Translations under genes and position numbers: made by a program
DNA from: a virus
DNA: 64,000 nucleotides
IMG/VR virus record: IMGVR_UViG_3300024348_000017
Coordinates: 1 to 64,000 of that record
Reading direction: 5' to 3' (one strand)
Notes under the pieces: generated by a model
Database searches by the model: none
Seen by the model: only the letters and a program-made list of their open reading frames with translations
Told to the model about the DNA's origin: nothing
Part shown: positions 11,401 to 20,510 of the stretch, in pieces
Layout of the letters: each line of letters begins with the position of its first letter
Numbering within the stretch: the stretch's first letter is position 1

Positions 11401-12915
11401 TACTTCGGCAACTAAATCTTTTTTAGGAATATTATTTAAATCTCCTATACTACCACTATTAGCACCTAATAATGCTAAATCTAAATCTACATCAGCTTTA
11501 CTATTGTATAAATGAACACCTAATGATTGTAAGGCATGGAATACAATATCTTTTGAAACACCTTCTTCAAGGTTGTTTCTATTCTTGTATAAATCGGTAA
11601 CTGAATTTAAGTAAATCCATATATTATCAAAATATTGACCCATCATATTAACAAATGTTAAGTATGGGGTATTAACTGAATCTTCAAGAACATAACTAGG
11701 TATCAATTGTAATAATTGATCTTGGTTATCTAAATCAAAATCTTGAGCAGCTATTATTCTACCATTATACCAGTTAGTAACAATTGATGATGTTACTGGT
11801 TGTAATATAAATGGTTTAGTGCTTGTTGTCTTTGGGTAAGCATATGAGCCTGACTCAAAATACATATATTTTTCATATTCATCAAACCCAGTAACAAGAG
11901 AGGTAATACTTGATGAATAATAGGCTAATTCTGTTACTTTTGTAGATAATGTACTAGATGCTATAATAGATGAAGTTGCTTCATATTTTTGAATTAGAGT
12001 AACTTTATCTTTAAAATTAGCAATTCTAGCCTCAGCTGAGCTAAATCTAACAAAATCATTAAAATCAGTATAGTCTACATTAATATCAATAGATCCACTT
12101 AAATAGCGAGTAATGAAATTAAAATTAGAACCTGTTAATTGATTGATTAACGAATTGTGATTATGATAAGGAGTACTTACATTATTAAAATCAACTTTAA
12201 CACTAAAATTAGGTCCCTTTATATTGGGAACTTCATCTAATATTAATAATTTATCTAAATTAATATCAAAAGTATAACTATCAATAATTTCATCCACAAT
12301 CCAAAAAGTATCCTTTACAGATATATCTTCTGATAGTGGGCTATATAATTTAATTAATACATAATAATTATCTTCTGTTGTATCTAAAGCAACATTAATT
12401 ATAACAGGTGTATTATTCCTTCCAAAATTTGCTAAATAAGATTTTAAATAGGAAGTAGTATTAATTTCATTTACTAAAGCTAATGCTCTTGGTCCTAATA
12501 AATCATTATTTAAAAAAGTAGAACCTACTTTAAGTTCAGTTCTATCATCAGAAATTTCTTTGATAAAAAGAGGAGCAACAGGTAAACCTAATTTATTTCT
12601 AAAAAAGTTATATGTTGTTTGAAACTCACCATTACTATATTCTTTCTTTAAATCTTCAATAGGGTCTACTTCTAAAAAAGAATAAGTTCCATCTATATTT
12701 AAAGCAACGTTTGAGGGTGATTTATAAGATAAATAAGAATAAGCTTGTCTTAAAGGATTACCTAAAATATCATGTATGTGATATTCTACATAATCATCTG
12801 GAGTTCCAAAATTATTTATAATTCTATTTTGGCCTAGTAAAGCAATATCTTTCTCATCAAATCTATTTGATTGACTTGTATTGCTGATATTTCCTATAAT
12901 CTTTATTTCGGCCAT
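8440..12915 (-). CDS. large baseplate-wedge-like structural protein (1491 aa)
   Basis: IPSYVLED..FVNMMGQYFD, YKRIYHNIPLLFKSKG...IFGI...IKEFGG segment resembles baseplate wedge/tail-I-like domains; Cys-rich insert near the C-terminus. Confidence 0.6.
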   Translation of the reverse strand: MAEIKIIGNISNTSQSNRFDEKDIALLGQNRIINNFGTPDDYVEYHIHDILGNPLRQAYSYLSYKSPSNVALNIDGTYSFLEVDPIEDLKKEYSNGEFQTTYNFFRNKLGLPVAPLFIKEISDDRTELKVGSTFLNNDLLGPRALALVNEINTTSYLKSYLANFGRNNTPVIINVALDTTEDNYYVLIKLYSPLSEDISVKDTFWIVDEIIDSYTFDINLDKLLILDEVPNIKGPNFSVKVDFNNVSTPYHNHNSLINQLTGSNFNFITRYLSGSIDINVDYTDFNDFVRFSSAEARIANFKDKVTLIQKYEATSSIIASSTLSTKVTELAYYSSSITSLVTGFDEYEKYMYFESGSYAYPKTTSTKPFILQPVTSSIVTNWYNGRIIAAQDFDLDNQDQLLQLIPSYVLEDSVNTPYLTFVNMMGQYFDNIWIYLNSVTDLYKNRNNLEEGVSKDIVFHALQSLGVHLYNSKADVDLDLALLGANSGSIGDLNNIPKKDLVAEVYKRIYHNIPLLFKSKGSNKGLDHLINIFGITGSILPIKEFGGNTKRNTLTDSNGDKIRVISTQITGSVLSPYIRLEKEDIDITLARSVDYHKIDISFSPQNKIDNVLSSSIASAVTNFEIDNYIGDPRFEASGSYPTLETLRKTHINSNFNVEFDYAGFIELIKFFDNSLFKMLKDYVPGRSTLLTGVTIRPQHLERIKMKRIQPGVVRQIVHEANYQGPTIAEDNDYLYSLLPNDRRAFYNGELSGSWPDINEDFKRTNPNPFLVTTTSSSYQFEHTDFNVMINNTSDSRPSVKVQKLIPLYAYVSGSLIQSGGKQVQTDVQDSNESLKSFELSRHGGVKVTSLEYNNYSPASASYEGDKSYGKTAAIDHQVRKIGLFSEVVKNKFLPNRNDVVTKYLVDEEGNLTELNQRNKNWEEVQRTFVTADDLNISLFDNQKYSNQKSLDGTKYIFESGYSYTPLLYFSGSASTLYFESTIGNTAHELVASHPAGLITSSVGTTPTYPLFTSGSDRVVYNVFTNITTDINSSAYYSIGSTGSQTHPSYSVPETGLYDIAANVSLEISMSNGGSVTWALEVVSGSTVLASSQQSVTIVDQVTGSVFSGQAYINDFSSTGGDPNFRESITLTGNSYVLEADVTVGGTLVFSKGTTVYGYDIYSSVSFPSTNCIGYDCSGCGSCNVNLSNSRVIWGTSSTITFFVSGGTCTATPPGYYGNTINCGYYSYGQANLYSQFYEIPGIYNVAETAVISLNINTQQSLTGPTDKFQIRLRQSGLTINAGGDYITRFNTSGNLRIASVSNQINNLPTAIAGGSGFIESTTFTSGSTTSSITLNQQLSSFAGYNFIPNPPTGSAATVNVLYPTYGDVDYTFNPGYYDLIIHHNTSGSVAEYRVVNTRTVSGKLVLDIYPSFDNTSQAIAFRGSLNKILFLKRLKDETNTIINFIKRDGKTSYGFSIPENIHPDVFKNIDTITREVKSKMLEGGGLDGGTI

Positions 12916-13244
12916 TATTTCTTAGTCTTTGTGTAGTCTGTAATAATTGTTTTTGTTTCTAAAAGCTGTTGTCTTAAAGAAGTAATTTCATTAAGTAACG
13001 CTTGTATATCAACATCATCCGCTAATTGAACTCCTAAATATTCTGCTTCTTTATTTAGAATATATCTATGAGATTCAACTTCACCTTCTTTAGGAATTTG
13101 ATAGAATAATTCTTCATACAATTGAAAAAAATCTTCAAGTGTAAATTCAGGTACTATTGTGTCTTTTAAAAAGAAACTAAAGTCTGTATTTAATACACTA
13201 TTATTCTTTCCTAAAATAGTTTTATCAACCTTTATACTTTCCAT
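12915..13244 (-). CDS. hypothetical structural-operon protein with C-terminal coiled coil
   Basis: Overlapping start/stop with both neighbours. Confidence 0.55.
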   Translation of the reverse strand: MESIKVDKTILGKNNSVLNTDFSFFLKDTIVPEFTLEDFFQLYEELFYQIPKEGEVESHRYILNKEAEYLGVQLADDVDIQALLNEITSLRQQLLETKTIITDYTKTKK

Positions 13245-14308
13245 TATCTAATTACTTTAAAAATATAATCTTCATCAAATATAATAGTTGAACCATCAAT
13301 TACAGATTTAATAAGTATTTTATAAAACCTTTCTGGTTGTAATCCATTCATATAAACTGTAAAGAAACTTGAAGTTGGATCAGCGCTTATTTTTGTATAT
13401 GATGTATCAAAATCAACTACCCATTCTTCAGTATCTACATCTTTAATAGCCCAATATGATGCACTAGGTAGTAATTGAGACCCGGTTACATATAATTGAT
13501 TTGTATTAAATGTTCTTGGTGGATGTTGGTTTCTAACTCCTAATCTAAATTTATTAATTGAATCTTGCTGAAATTCAGCTTTATTATTTTTTAATGAAAC
13601 AACAGATTGATGACTAGTTGTTACAACTAAACTACCAGTAACGAATGTACTATCATCCCATCTAACCTCCAAACAAGGTGGATAAATAGTATGAGTATCT
13701 GATGAGAAATATTTTAATTCAAATGGAGCACTTGATGTTGCAAATTCAATACTGCTTGTGTGTTTTAAAATAAAACCTTCATTTTTGATTCTAGTAGCAG
13801 CAAATGGATTTGTTTCATAAGCAAAAAACGCAGCTACTGCTGTAGTAACGTTTAATTCAATATCTTTTTCATCATTATAAGTAAATGATTGAGTAGCAAC
13901 AGAGCCAGTAATCCAATCACCACCTGCTGTTGTCCATGTATTAGTTAATGTCTTATAATTCCAACTAACACCATTTTGAGTAGCAGGAAAATTAGCTAAT
14001 CTTCCTGTTCCCATATCCCATGTCCCCGAAACTGGGTGGCATTCGATTTTATACTCTGTTGGAATTTCAGAAGCGTTTGCTAAATACAATTTTAAAAATG
14101 CTTTATAACTTCCTGACGCTTTGCCAGTAATAGCATTAACTATTTCGCTAGTTGAAAATTTAATCAGTGCTCTAGAAGCTTGCCTAGTACCTTGAAAAGT
14201 ACTTTCATATGTACTAACTTCTAGAATCTCGTCTATCCCCGTATTAGTTGTAGGGTAGTAAGAATAAATTGTTGCGTCCTTTTCAGGGAATATTTTATAT
14301 ACGGCCAT
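13244..14308 (-). CDS. virion protein, DNRLRE-like beta-sandwich
   Basis: EKDATIYS..P..NTG..E.L, SRALIKF, A.LKLY, GVSW...W...GGD, P.LEVRWDD. Confidence 0.55.
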   Translation of the reverse strand: MAVYKIFPEKDATIYSYYPTTNTGIDEILEVSTYESTFQGTRQASRALIKFSTSEIVNAITGKASGSYKAFLKLYLANASEIPTEYKIECHPVSGTWDMGTGRLANFPATQNGVSWNYKTLTNTWTTAGGDWITGSVATQSFTYNDEKDIELNVTTAVAAFFAYETNPFAATRIKNEGFILKHTSSIEFATSSAPFELKYFSSDTHTIYPPCLEVRWDDSTFVTGSLVVTTSHQSVVSLKNNKAEFQQDSINKFRLGVRNQHPPRTFNTNQLYVTGSQLLPSASYWAIKDVDTEEWVVDFDTSYTKISADPTSSFFTVYMNGLQPERFYKILIKSVIDGSTIIFDEDYIFKVIR

Positions 14309-14314
14309 GTAAAA

Positions 14315-14355
14315 AAGTTTCCGGTTACTATATATAAATATTGCAACCGGAAGCT
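14315..14355 (-). terminator. hairpin + U-tract with the late promoter motif inside its loop
   Basis: Minus strand TTCCGGTTGC-AATATTTATATATA-GTAACCGGAA followed by a T-run, then the ATG at 14308. Confidence 0.65.
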
Positions 14356-14375
14356 CCTAATTTAATTATGTATTA

Positions 14376-14993
14376 TTATGCTAGTAAGGCGTGATATTCC
14401 TTAAAGTGTTTAATTCTATCCGGCAATCCGATAGTACCACCGTTAACACGTTTAGTAATTTGTGTAACAACTGCATCAGTTGCGCCACCATCCGCTAATT
14501 TATGTAAACCGTTTTTACTAAAGAACCAAGCGGCCGATAATAAAGCATACTTCTCAGCAACCCATTGTGGATTAGCTGCGATATCTTCATTAATTGATTT
14601 ACCAAATGCTGTATAGTTGTCTTTACCTGTTAATTGAATATAACCACGACCACAGAATTTAGCGCCTTCACCAGAAGCTTCAGGTCCGTTACCCATTCTA
14701 TTTGCATAAACTAAATTAGCAATTTTTTCTGGTTTGCGTTCATATAATGCTGCTTTAGCAGTATCAGGAGTTTTATCAGCTTTTGTAAAATATTTCTTAA
14801 AAATACCCATTAAACCTTTTGCACTATAATTTAAATTTTCTTTTGTTAAACGGAAACCGCCTGATTCGTGACCACATTGAGCTAAGAAATGAGCTAAACG
14901 TAATGGAGTATTGATTTGGAATTTTTCCATAACTCCTGGAATCTGGGTGATTACCACATCCGGAATATGTCCTTTTAATTTGTCTAAATTCAT
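14376..14993 (-). CDS. glycoside hydrolase family 19 endolysin
   Basis: AHFLAQCGHESGGF, ENLNYS, GRGYIQLTGKDNY, SAAWFF, ITKRVNGG. Confidence 0.92.
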   Translation of the reverse strand: MNLDKLKGHIPDVVITQIPGVMEKFQINTPLRLAHFLAQCGHESGGFRLTKENLNYSAKGLMGIFKKYFTKADKTPDTAKAALYERKPEKIANLVYANRMGNGPEASGEGAKFCGRGYIQLTGKDNYTAFGKSINEDIAANPQWVAEKYALLSAAWFFSKNGLHKLADGGATDAVVTQITKRVNGGTIGLPDRIKHFKEYHALLA

Positions 14994-15003
14994 ATTTTAA
15001 TTT

Positions 15004-16833
15004 TTATAATGTTACAATTCTACCTTGTATATCAACATCAGGGAATCTAATTTCAAATATAGATGGATCTAATGATGGGTATAGTATATTATTTCTAGTT
15101 GCACCAAATATATCATAGCTGTATGGAGAATAATCACCACCTGATTTATTTACAACTTCAACTTTTGTTATTGATTGAACTCCCTTAACCTGTATTAATG
15201 TTGAATTAATATCAGATATAACAAATGGTTTATTAATTTGCATGTACTCAATACCGAATTTATCTTTTAAAGCACTTATACAATTACTTAATACCTCTTT
15301 ATTATTAAATGTTGGTAATACAGAAATATCAAAGTTAATACCTATATTAAGAAAATAAGCATTTTTAATATTAATAGCATCTGTAGCCATTCTGTACTGT
15401 GATAAATAATTTTTGATATTATTCTTAAGTGCAGAAGAAGGAGTTGTTAAATTTTTATTTGCATTATATCCCAAAGTATATAAACTAATAGATAAAGGAT
15501 TATTGTCTAATAATCTATCATTTCCTGAATTAGTCGATAAAGCAAAATCATTTATAGCGTATACTTTAGCAACAGCACCAAAATGGCTAGGCATACTAAG
15601 TACTCTATTAATATAATCTTCTTTAGTTACAACTCTGTTTTGTGAAGAGAAAGAGTAAAGAGTGTTTTGTCTAATTTCCTCAACTGTATCTTCATCTCTA
15701 CCTCCAATAGCAGGTTCAGGATTAGTAATAATCATACTGTTAAAAATAGTTGTATTTTGAGGAGCCGTTACAGTACCATTAAATGTAATATCAGCTAAGT
15801 TGAATTTTCTATTTACAACTTCATTAGAAGGAACGTTTGATGTTATACCACCACCTACAAGATATTTTATTGTTAAAATACCTGTTGGAGCTAAACCATA
15901 TTCTCTTGTAGTTACTACGGCTGCTCTATTAAATGTGTTATTTGGATCATACACATTAACAGACGTGCCTAAATTTAAGTTATTTGGATTAGGTAATATA
16001 GAAGTATCTGAAGATGAATTTGTTCCTGCTCCAAATTGTAATTCTAAATCACCATTTTCTTTAAATCTAGTTACAAATCTTCTAGGTGTTTCAATATAGC
16101 TTAATAAATAAGGAATTGAATCAGAATTATATGTTGGGTTAGTAGCTTTTTGGGGAATGCCTTGTTGAGCTAAATAAGGAACTTCATACCAAATATTACT
16201 ACCAGCATCTGTAACTTGTAATATGTTTAATATTTTATTGTCGGATATAGTAGTACTAGTAAACTTTTGAGGAGTAGCACCAAAATCAATAGTTGTTGTT
16301 TTGATTTCTGCTGATATTGCTTTTACTGTTTTTGTTACTCTATAATAACCAGGTTGGTCAAAAACAATAACTCTATTTTCTTCTTTAGAAAAATCAACTA
16401 ATTCTGTAGTTAAAAACTTAACCCCACTAATACTTTCAACAACACTATTTTCAGGAATTATAATATAATAATTGGCATTTGGAATTTCAGTGTTGTTTAA
16501 TATGTTTGTTACAATTGGAACTAATTGAGATATTTGTAAATCAACATACGAAGCATAAGACATTTTAGGTCTATAACCTAATGCATAAGCTAAAGATATA
16601 GCATTGTCTTTTTCTTTTGTATATAAAAGTAAGTTTTCTTGAAATTGAGTATCTAAATAGAATGATAATACATCACCCACGTAAGATGCCATTTCAATAA
16701 ACATCATCCCTGGGGACGCATCTGAGAAATCATTATAGGCTGTGGGGAAATAAGTTTTAGCATGTTTTATCAATGTAGACTTAAAGTCACTAAAGCTTTT
16801 ATTTAGATATGATATGTTTTTAGTTTCGGACAT
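15004..16833 (-). CDS. baseplate wedge subunit (T4 gp6 / baseplate-J-like)
   Basis: YNDFS..SPGMMFIEMASYVGDVLSFY, LGYRP, GGRDEDTVEEIR, QNRVVTKEDY. Confidence 0.88.
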   Translation of the reverse strand: MSETKNISYLNKSFSDFKSTLIKHAKTYFPTAYNDFSDASPGMMFIEMASYVGDVLSFYLDTQFQENLLLYTKEKDNAISLAYALGYRPKMSYASYVDLQISQLVPIVTNILNNTEIPNANYYIIIPENSVVESISGVKFLTTELVDFSKEENRVIVFDQPGYYRVTKTVKAISAEIKTTTIDFGATPQKFTSTTISDNKILNILQVTDAGSNIWYEVPYLAQQGIPQKATNPTYNSDSIPYLLSYIETPRRFVTRFKENGDLELQFGAGTNSSSDTSILPNPNNLNLGTSVNVYDPNNTFNRAAVVTTREYGLAPTGILTIKYLVGGGITSNVPSNEVVNRKFNLADITFNGTVTAPQNTTIFNSMIITNPEPAIGGRDEDTVEEIRQNTLYSFSSQNRVVTKEDYINRVLSMPSHFGAVAKVYAINDFALSTNSGNDRLLDNNPLSISLYTLGYNANKNLTTPSSALKNNIKNYLSQYRMATDAINIKNAYFLNIGINFDISVLPTFNNKEVLSNCISALKDKFGIEYMQINKPFVISDINSTLIQVKGVQSITKVEVVNKSGGDYSPYSYDIFGATRNNILYPSLDPSIFEIRFPDVDIQGRIVTL

Positions 16834-17243
16834 TATTCAAAGTTAATTTGTATTTCATCTGCTTCACCTGATATCTTCATACTATATTCAACTTTTACGT
16901 TTACTATATGTTCATCAGGTGTTGGGGTAATAATTACATCCTCTAAATTTACTTCAGGAACAAACATTGATATACCCGTTCTTATGTTATTTTCAATTTT
17001 ACTAACATTTTCATTATTAATAAAATCAAATATGGATTTTTTTATATCACAACCAAATTCAGGGTTTTCAATTCGTTCGCCTTTATTAGTTAATAAAAGG
17101 TTAATTAAATTATATTTTACCTGTTCTTTAGTACTATATGTACTTTTAAAAGCAGAAGGTTTATTAAAGGGCAAACCAACACCGATTGCAATATTTTTTT
17201 GCAAATCCCTAGGATCTATACGATATGTTTTAGGTACTGCCAT
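16833..17243 (-). CDS. baseplate gp25/GPW-like protein
   Basis: NLINLLLTNKGERIENPEFGC, FVPEVNL. Confidence 0.9.
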   Translation of the reverse strand: MAVPKTYRIDPRDLQKNIAIGVGLPFNKPSAFKSTYSTKEQVKYNLINLLLTNKGERIENPEFGCDIKKSIFDFINNENVSKIENNIRTGISMFVPEVNLEDVIITPTPDEHIVNVKVEYSMKISGEADEIQINFE

Positions 17244-17596
17244 TATCCTCCCTGTAGCATTTGATTCATTTCAGAACGAGTAAGGTTAGAAGCGGTATCA
17301 TTGATAAACGCAGCAAATGGATTATCACTTGTTGGGTCTACTTTTAATTGTGTTTGAGGTTTGGCTCCTGCGGGCATTCCAAACATTTCGGCCATCTTGT
17401 TACTCATTTGAGATCTCATACCAACATTATGTACATCCCCGCTATCAAATGACATCGAGCGACCTTCAGTAAGTGGTTGAGTTGTTTGTGGTGTTACACC
17501 ACTCTTTAATTGTTCTAACAGCATTAAGCCAAGTTCTTCACGAACGGCTTCACGTACTGCTTCTTTAATTAATGATTTAAATTGTTTAGCTTCCAT
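17243..17596 (-). CDS. hypothetical late protein (possible internal head protein)
   Basis: FKSLIKEAVREAVREE N-terminus; ATATTTAT motif immediately upstream. Confidence 0.55.
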   Translation of the reverse strand: MEAKQFKSLIKEAVREAVREELGLMLLEQLKSGVTPQTTQPLTEGRSMSFDSGDVHNVGMRSQMSNKMAEMFGMPAGAKPQTQLKVDPTSDNPFAAFINDTASNLTRSEMNQMLQGG

Positions 17597-17607
17597 AACA
17601 ATAAATA

Positions 17608-18900
17608 TTAGGGTTTGAGATTTTGTTGATCTATGATTAATTTAAGTTCTTCAATAAGGATGTCTGGGTCTAAAGTGAATGATCTAGAAGATTGTATTAC
17701 TTCTACATTATCTCTACTAAGAGCTACAGCATATCTACGCTTATTCCCAGCAACGATAAATTTAGGATCGTTTTCCTCTTTAATAGCAAATTTAAATCCT
17801 TTATATCCTGTAGTTAAATCACCAAAATTACCGGATGGTGATAATGTGGATAGGATTTTATCTAAGTCGGTTCTGTCAAATGCTTCTAGATTAGAAGGTT
17901 CATCAAAAAAGGCATCAATTTCTTTAAGTCTTTCTTTTTGGTCTTCTAATTCTTCAATAATTCTATTTAATAATAATTCTATAATAGCAATAGCTGCCAA
18001 AATACTACTTATAATTTCAACTGCTAGTTCGTATTTCTTTCTAAATCTTTCTTTAGTAGGGGTTACAACATCGGGTGCTGGGGATGGTACAGGGATTGGT
18101 AAAAGAATATCTGCTAAGAATAAGATAATATCTAATATAGATAATATAAGTGCTATTCGCTCTAAAGTACCTTTTATAGAATTAATTTTGGCTTCATTTT
18201 CCTTTATAATTCGTATAGCATTGTTTTTTAATAAAGTAGCTTTTTTAACATCGTCTTTAGATTGGATATTATCAATAACATTGTTTACACTATCGACTAA
18301 TTCTTCTATTTTTTTATTTCGTACAGAAATTAATTGACATGTTATAGTTAAAGCAGCCATTATTACAGGAACAGGATTCTTTTTAGCAGCTTTAATAGCT
18401 CCTTTTAATAAGTCTTTTAATATCCTTCCATTTTTTCTTTTAGCTCTTTTATGACTTTTCTTTAAAAAGTTTTTAACCTTTTCGTCTGCCATTTTTAATT
18501 TAGAATTAATAGCTTCTTTAGTATTTTCTATTAATTTAGTATATTCTTCTGTTTTTTTATCTATAAACTCTTTTAAGTCTTTTTCTTCTTCTTCAAAATT
18601 TCCTTGTACTATACCTTTAATTCTATCTGCTTCTTCTCTAGTAATAGATTTATTTACAATACGCTTATCTAAATCATTAAATTTCCCAAATGTATTTGAT
18701 TTTAAATCATCATATTTCTTTTTAGCAGCATCTATATCATTTAAAACCTGTTGAACAGGTCCTGAAGTCATTTGTTTTCCTTTTTCAATAGCCATTTCGG
18801 CTATTTTAGAAGCGTCTAAATTATTTTTAATGGATTCTAATTTTCCTTTAGCGGCGGTTGCACTAGATACTAATCCTGCTATGTTAACTGTATTTGGCAT
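17608..18900 (-). CDS. coiled-coil protein with hydrophobic hairpin, baseplate-adjacent
   Basis: Helical K/E-rich body; IALILSILDIILFLADILLPIPVP and LAVEIISSILAAIAIIELLL segments. Confidence 0.5.
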   Translation of the reverse strand: MPNTVNIAGLVSSATAAKGKLESIKNNLDASKIAEMAIEKGKQMTSGPVQQVLNDIDAAKKKYDDLKSNTFGKFNDLDKRIVNKSITREEADRIKGIVQGNFEEEEKDLKEFIDKKTEEYTKLIENTKEAINSKLKMADEKVKNFLKKSHKRAKRKNGRILKDLLKGAIKAAKKNPVPVIMAALTITCQLISVRNKKIEELVDSVNNVIDNIQSKDDVKKATLLKNNAIRIIKENEAKINSIKGTLERIALILSILDIILFLADILLPIPVPSPAPDVVTPTKERFRKKYELAVEIISSILAAIAIIELLLNRIIEELEDQKERLKEIDAFFDEPSNLEAFDRTDLDKILSTLSPSGNFGDLTTGYKGFKFAIKEENDPKFIVAGNKRRYAVALSRDNVEVIQSSRSFTLDPDILIEELKLIIDQQNLKP

Positions 18901-20081
18901 TATTTGGCTACTCTTACTTTTTGTGACTTAATATCAATTAATTTTGGAATCAAATTATCAACTGATTCTTTTAATCCTCTTGCTGCTGTGTTAAGCTGAG
19001 TTATAGGAGATCCTTTTGATCCATTTAATGCTGATGAACATATTGTGCTAAATGTAGATAAACTTGTAAGTAAACTATTTAATAATTTTATAGTTTCATT
19101 ACCTAACAATACAGGTTCTTCAGGAATTTTACTTCCATTCATTCCTAAAAATATAACTGGTGAATTGATTACAGTTTTATCATCAGCATCTAAGCTAATA
19201 GTATTTTTAGTATATAATTCAATGTTGTTATGAGCAAATAATAATACGTTTTCTTTTTTAGAATTAATAACAACTCTATCTGATGTTAATATTGCTTGAG
19301 ATCCTTCTATATATTTGTCTGGTAAAGACGTTGTTGTAAGAGGATTTAATTTGGTTTTAGAAACTTTTAAAGGAACTTTTTGGGAAGATGTTAAATATAA
19401 AGCCGAAGAATCTTTATTAATATCTTCAACATATAATTTTCCACTTCCAAATTTATGACCATTAGTTAAAATAGTAATTGGATCACCATTCTTACCACTA
19501 TCGCTCCAAAAATTTTCTCCAGTATTAATTTTATTTGTAGAACCAAATCTTAAAGTATTTCCAAAACGACCCTCAAGTATGTAATCACCTTCGAAAGGTA
19601 AAATACTTTCTATTTTTGGATTTTCATCAAATCCTAAACCTAAAGGATGCTCTGCATCTGCTGTTTGAGAATTAGAATGATTATTACCCCATAAATTAAT
19701 ATTTGTTATATAATAAAAAGTAGGTTTTTCATTAGTATTGCTTGATTGAGTGTTTGTAGAGGGTAATGGAAAAACTAAAATTAATTCTCCATTTAAAGGA
19801 ATATATTTCTGGTTTGGAAATAAAGGCTTAGCTACAGAGTATCCTAAAACAGTATTACTTGTAATATTTTCTTTATAATTATCTTGCTCTTTAGAACCAG
19901 TATATGGTTTAAACAATACAGTTCCTATCCCTGACCAACCACCACATTGATCAAAAACTTTTTTAGATGGTGTTTTTTCATCCATTACAGTAGCAAATAC
20001 CTTCCCTACCTTAAATTTAAAGGGAGAACCACCTGAAGATGGGGCCGATCGTAAGGAAGATAAACCATGTTTAGTTATCAT
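18900..20081 (-). CDS. baseplate hub/spike (gp5/VgrG-like)
   Basis: N-terminal OB-like part (YSVAKPL...PLNGELI), EGDYILEGRFGNTLRFGS, SDRVVINSK beta-helix, EPVLLG. Confidence 0.7.
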   Translation of the reverse strand: MITKHGLSSLRSAPSSGGSPFKFKVGKVFATVMDEKTPSKKVFDQCGGWSGIGTVLFKPYTGSKEQDNYKENITSNTVLGYSVAKPLFPNQKYIPLNGELILVFPLPSTNTQSSNTNEKPTFYYITNINLWGNNHSNSQTADAEHPLGLGFDENPKIESILPFEGDYILEGRFGNTLRFGSTNKINTGENFWSDSGKNGDPITILTNGHKFGSGKLYVEDINKDSSALYLTSSQKVPLKVSKTKLNPLTTTSLPDKYIEGSQAILTSDRVVINSKKENVLLFAHNNIELYTKNTISLDADDKTVINSPVIFLGMNGSKIPEEPVLLGNETIKLLNSLLTSLSTFSTICSSALNGSKGSPITQLNTAARGLKESVDNLIPKLIDIKSQKVRVAK

Positions 20082-20466
20082 TTTCTAATATTTTGCTAGC
20101 GCTAGTATCAATATTTTCTATCTGTTTAGTATCTTCTCCCATTTTTTTAACCTCAAGCAATAATTGCTCTTTTTCTTCTTCTGATATTAATAATTCCGAA
20201 CTACCAACAGCGGCACTATTAGACATAGCTCTTTGTATAACTGATGCCATACGTACCAAATGATCGTTATTTTTTACTTGAACATCTAAATATTCTTTAA
20301 TAAGAGGTACAATCATTATAGCCTCCGATGGAGAGTTAATGAATGGCTTAAGGGCTAATATCAATTCCTCAATTCTGTCTTCAGTTTTTTTCGTAGTCTT
20401 ATATATATCTTGTAATAAGTCCGAGAATGTCTTCTTTCCAAATATAACTTGGTTGAAATTTTCCAT
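20071..20466 (-). CDS. hypothetical conserved late protein
   Basis: IFGKKTFSDLLQDIY...IVPLIKEYLDVQVKN; late motif upstream. Confidence 0.55.
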   Translation of the reverse strand: MENFNQVIFGKKTFSDLLQDIYKTTKKTEDRIEELILALKPFINSPSEAIMIVPLIKEYLDVQVKNNDHLVRMASVIQRAMSNSAAVGSSELLISEEEKEQLLLEVKKMGEDTKQIENIDTSASKILENDN

Positions 20467-20510
20467 AATATTTATGTATTATTTACGTATAAATATGAGA
20501 AAAACAAAGG

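Noticed and set aside
17608-18900. Tape measure protein
   Set aside because: At 430 aa it is short and lacks the periodic pattern; left as a hypothetical coiled-coil protein.
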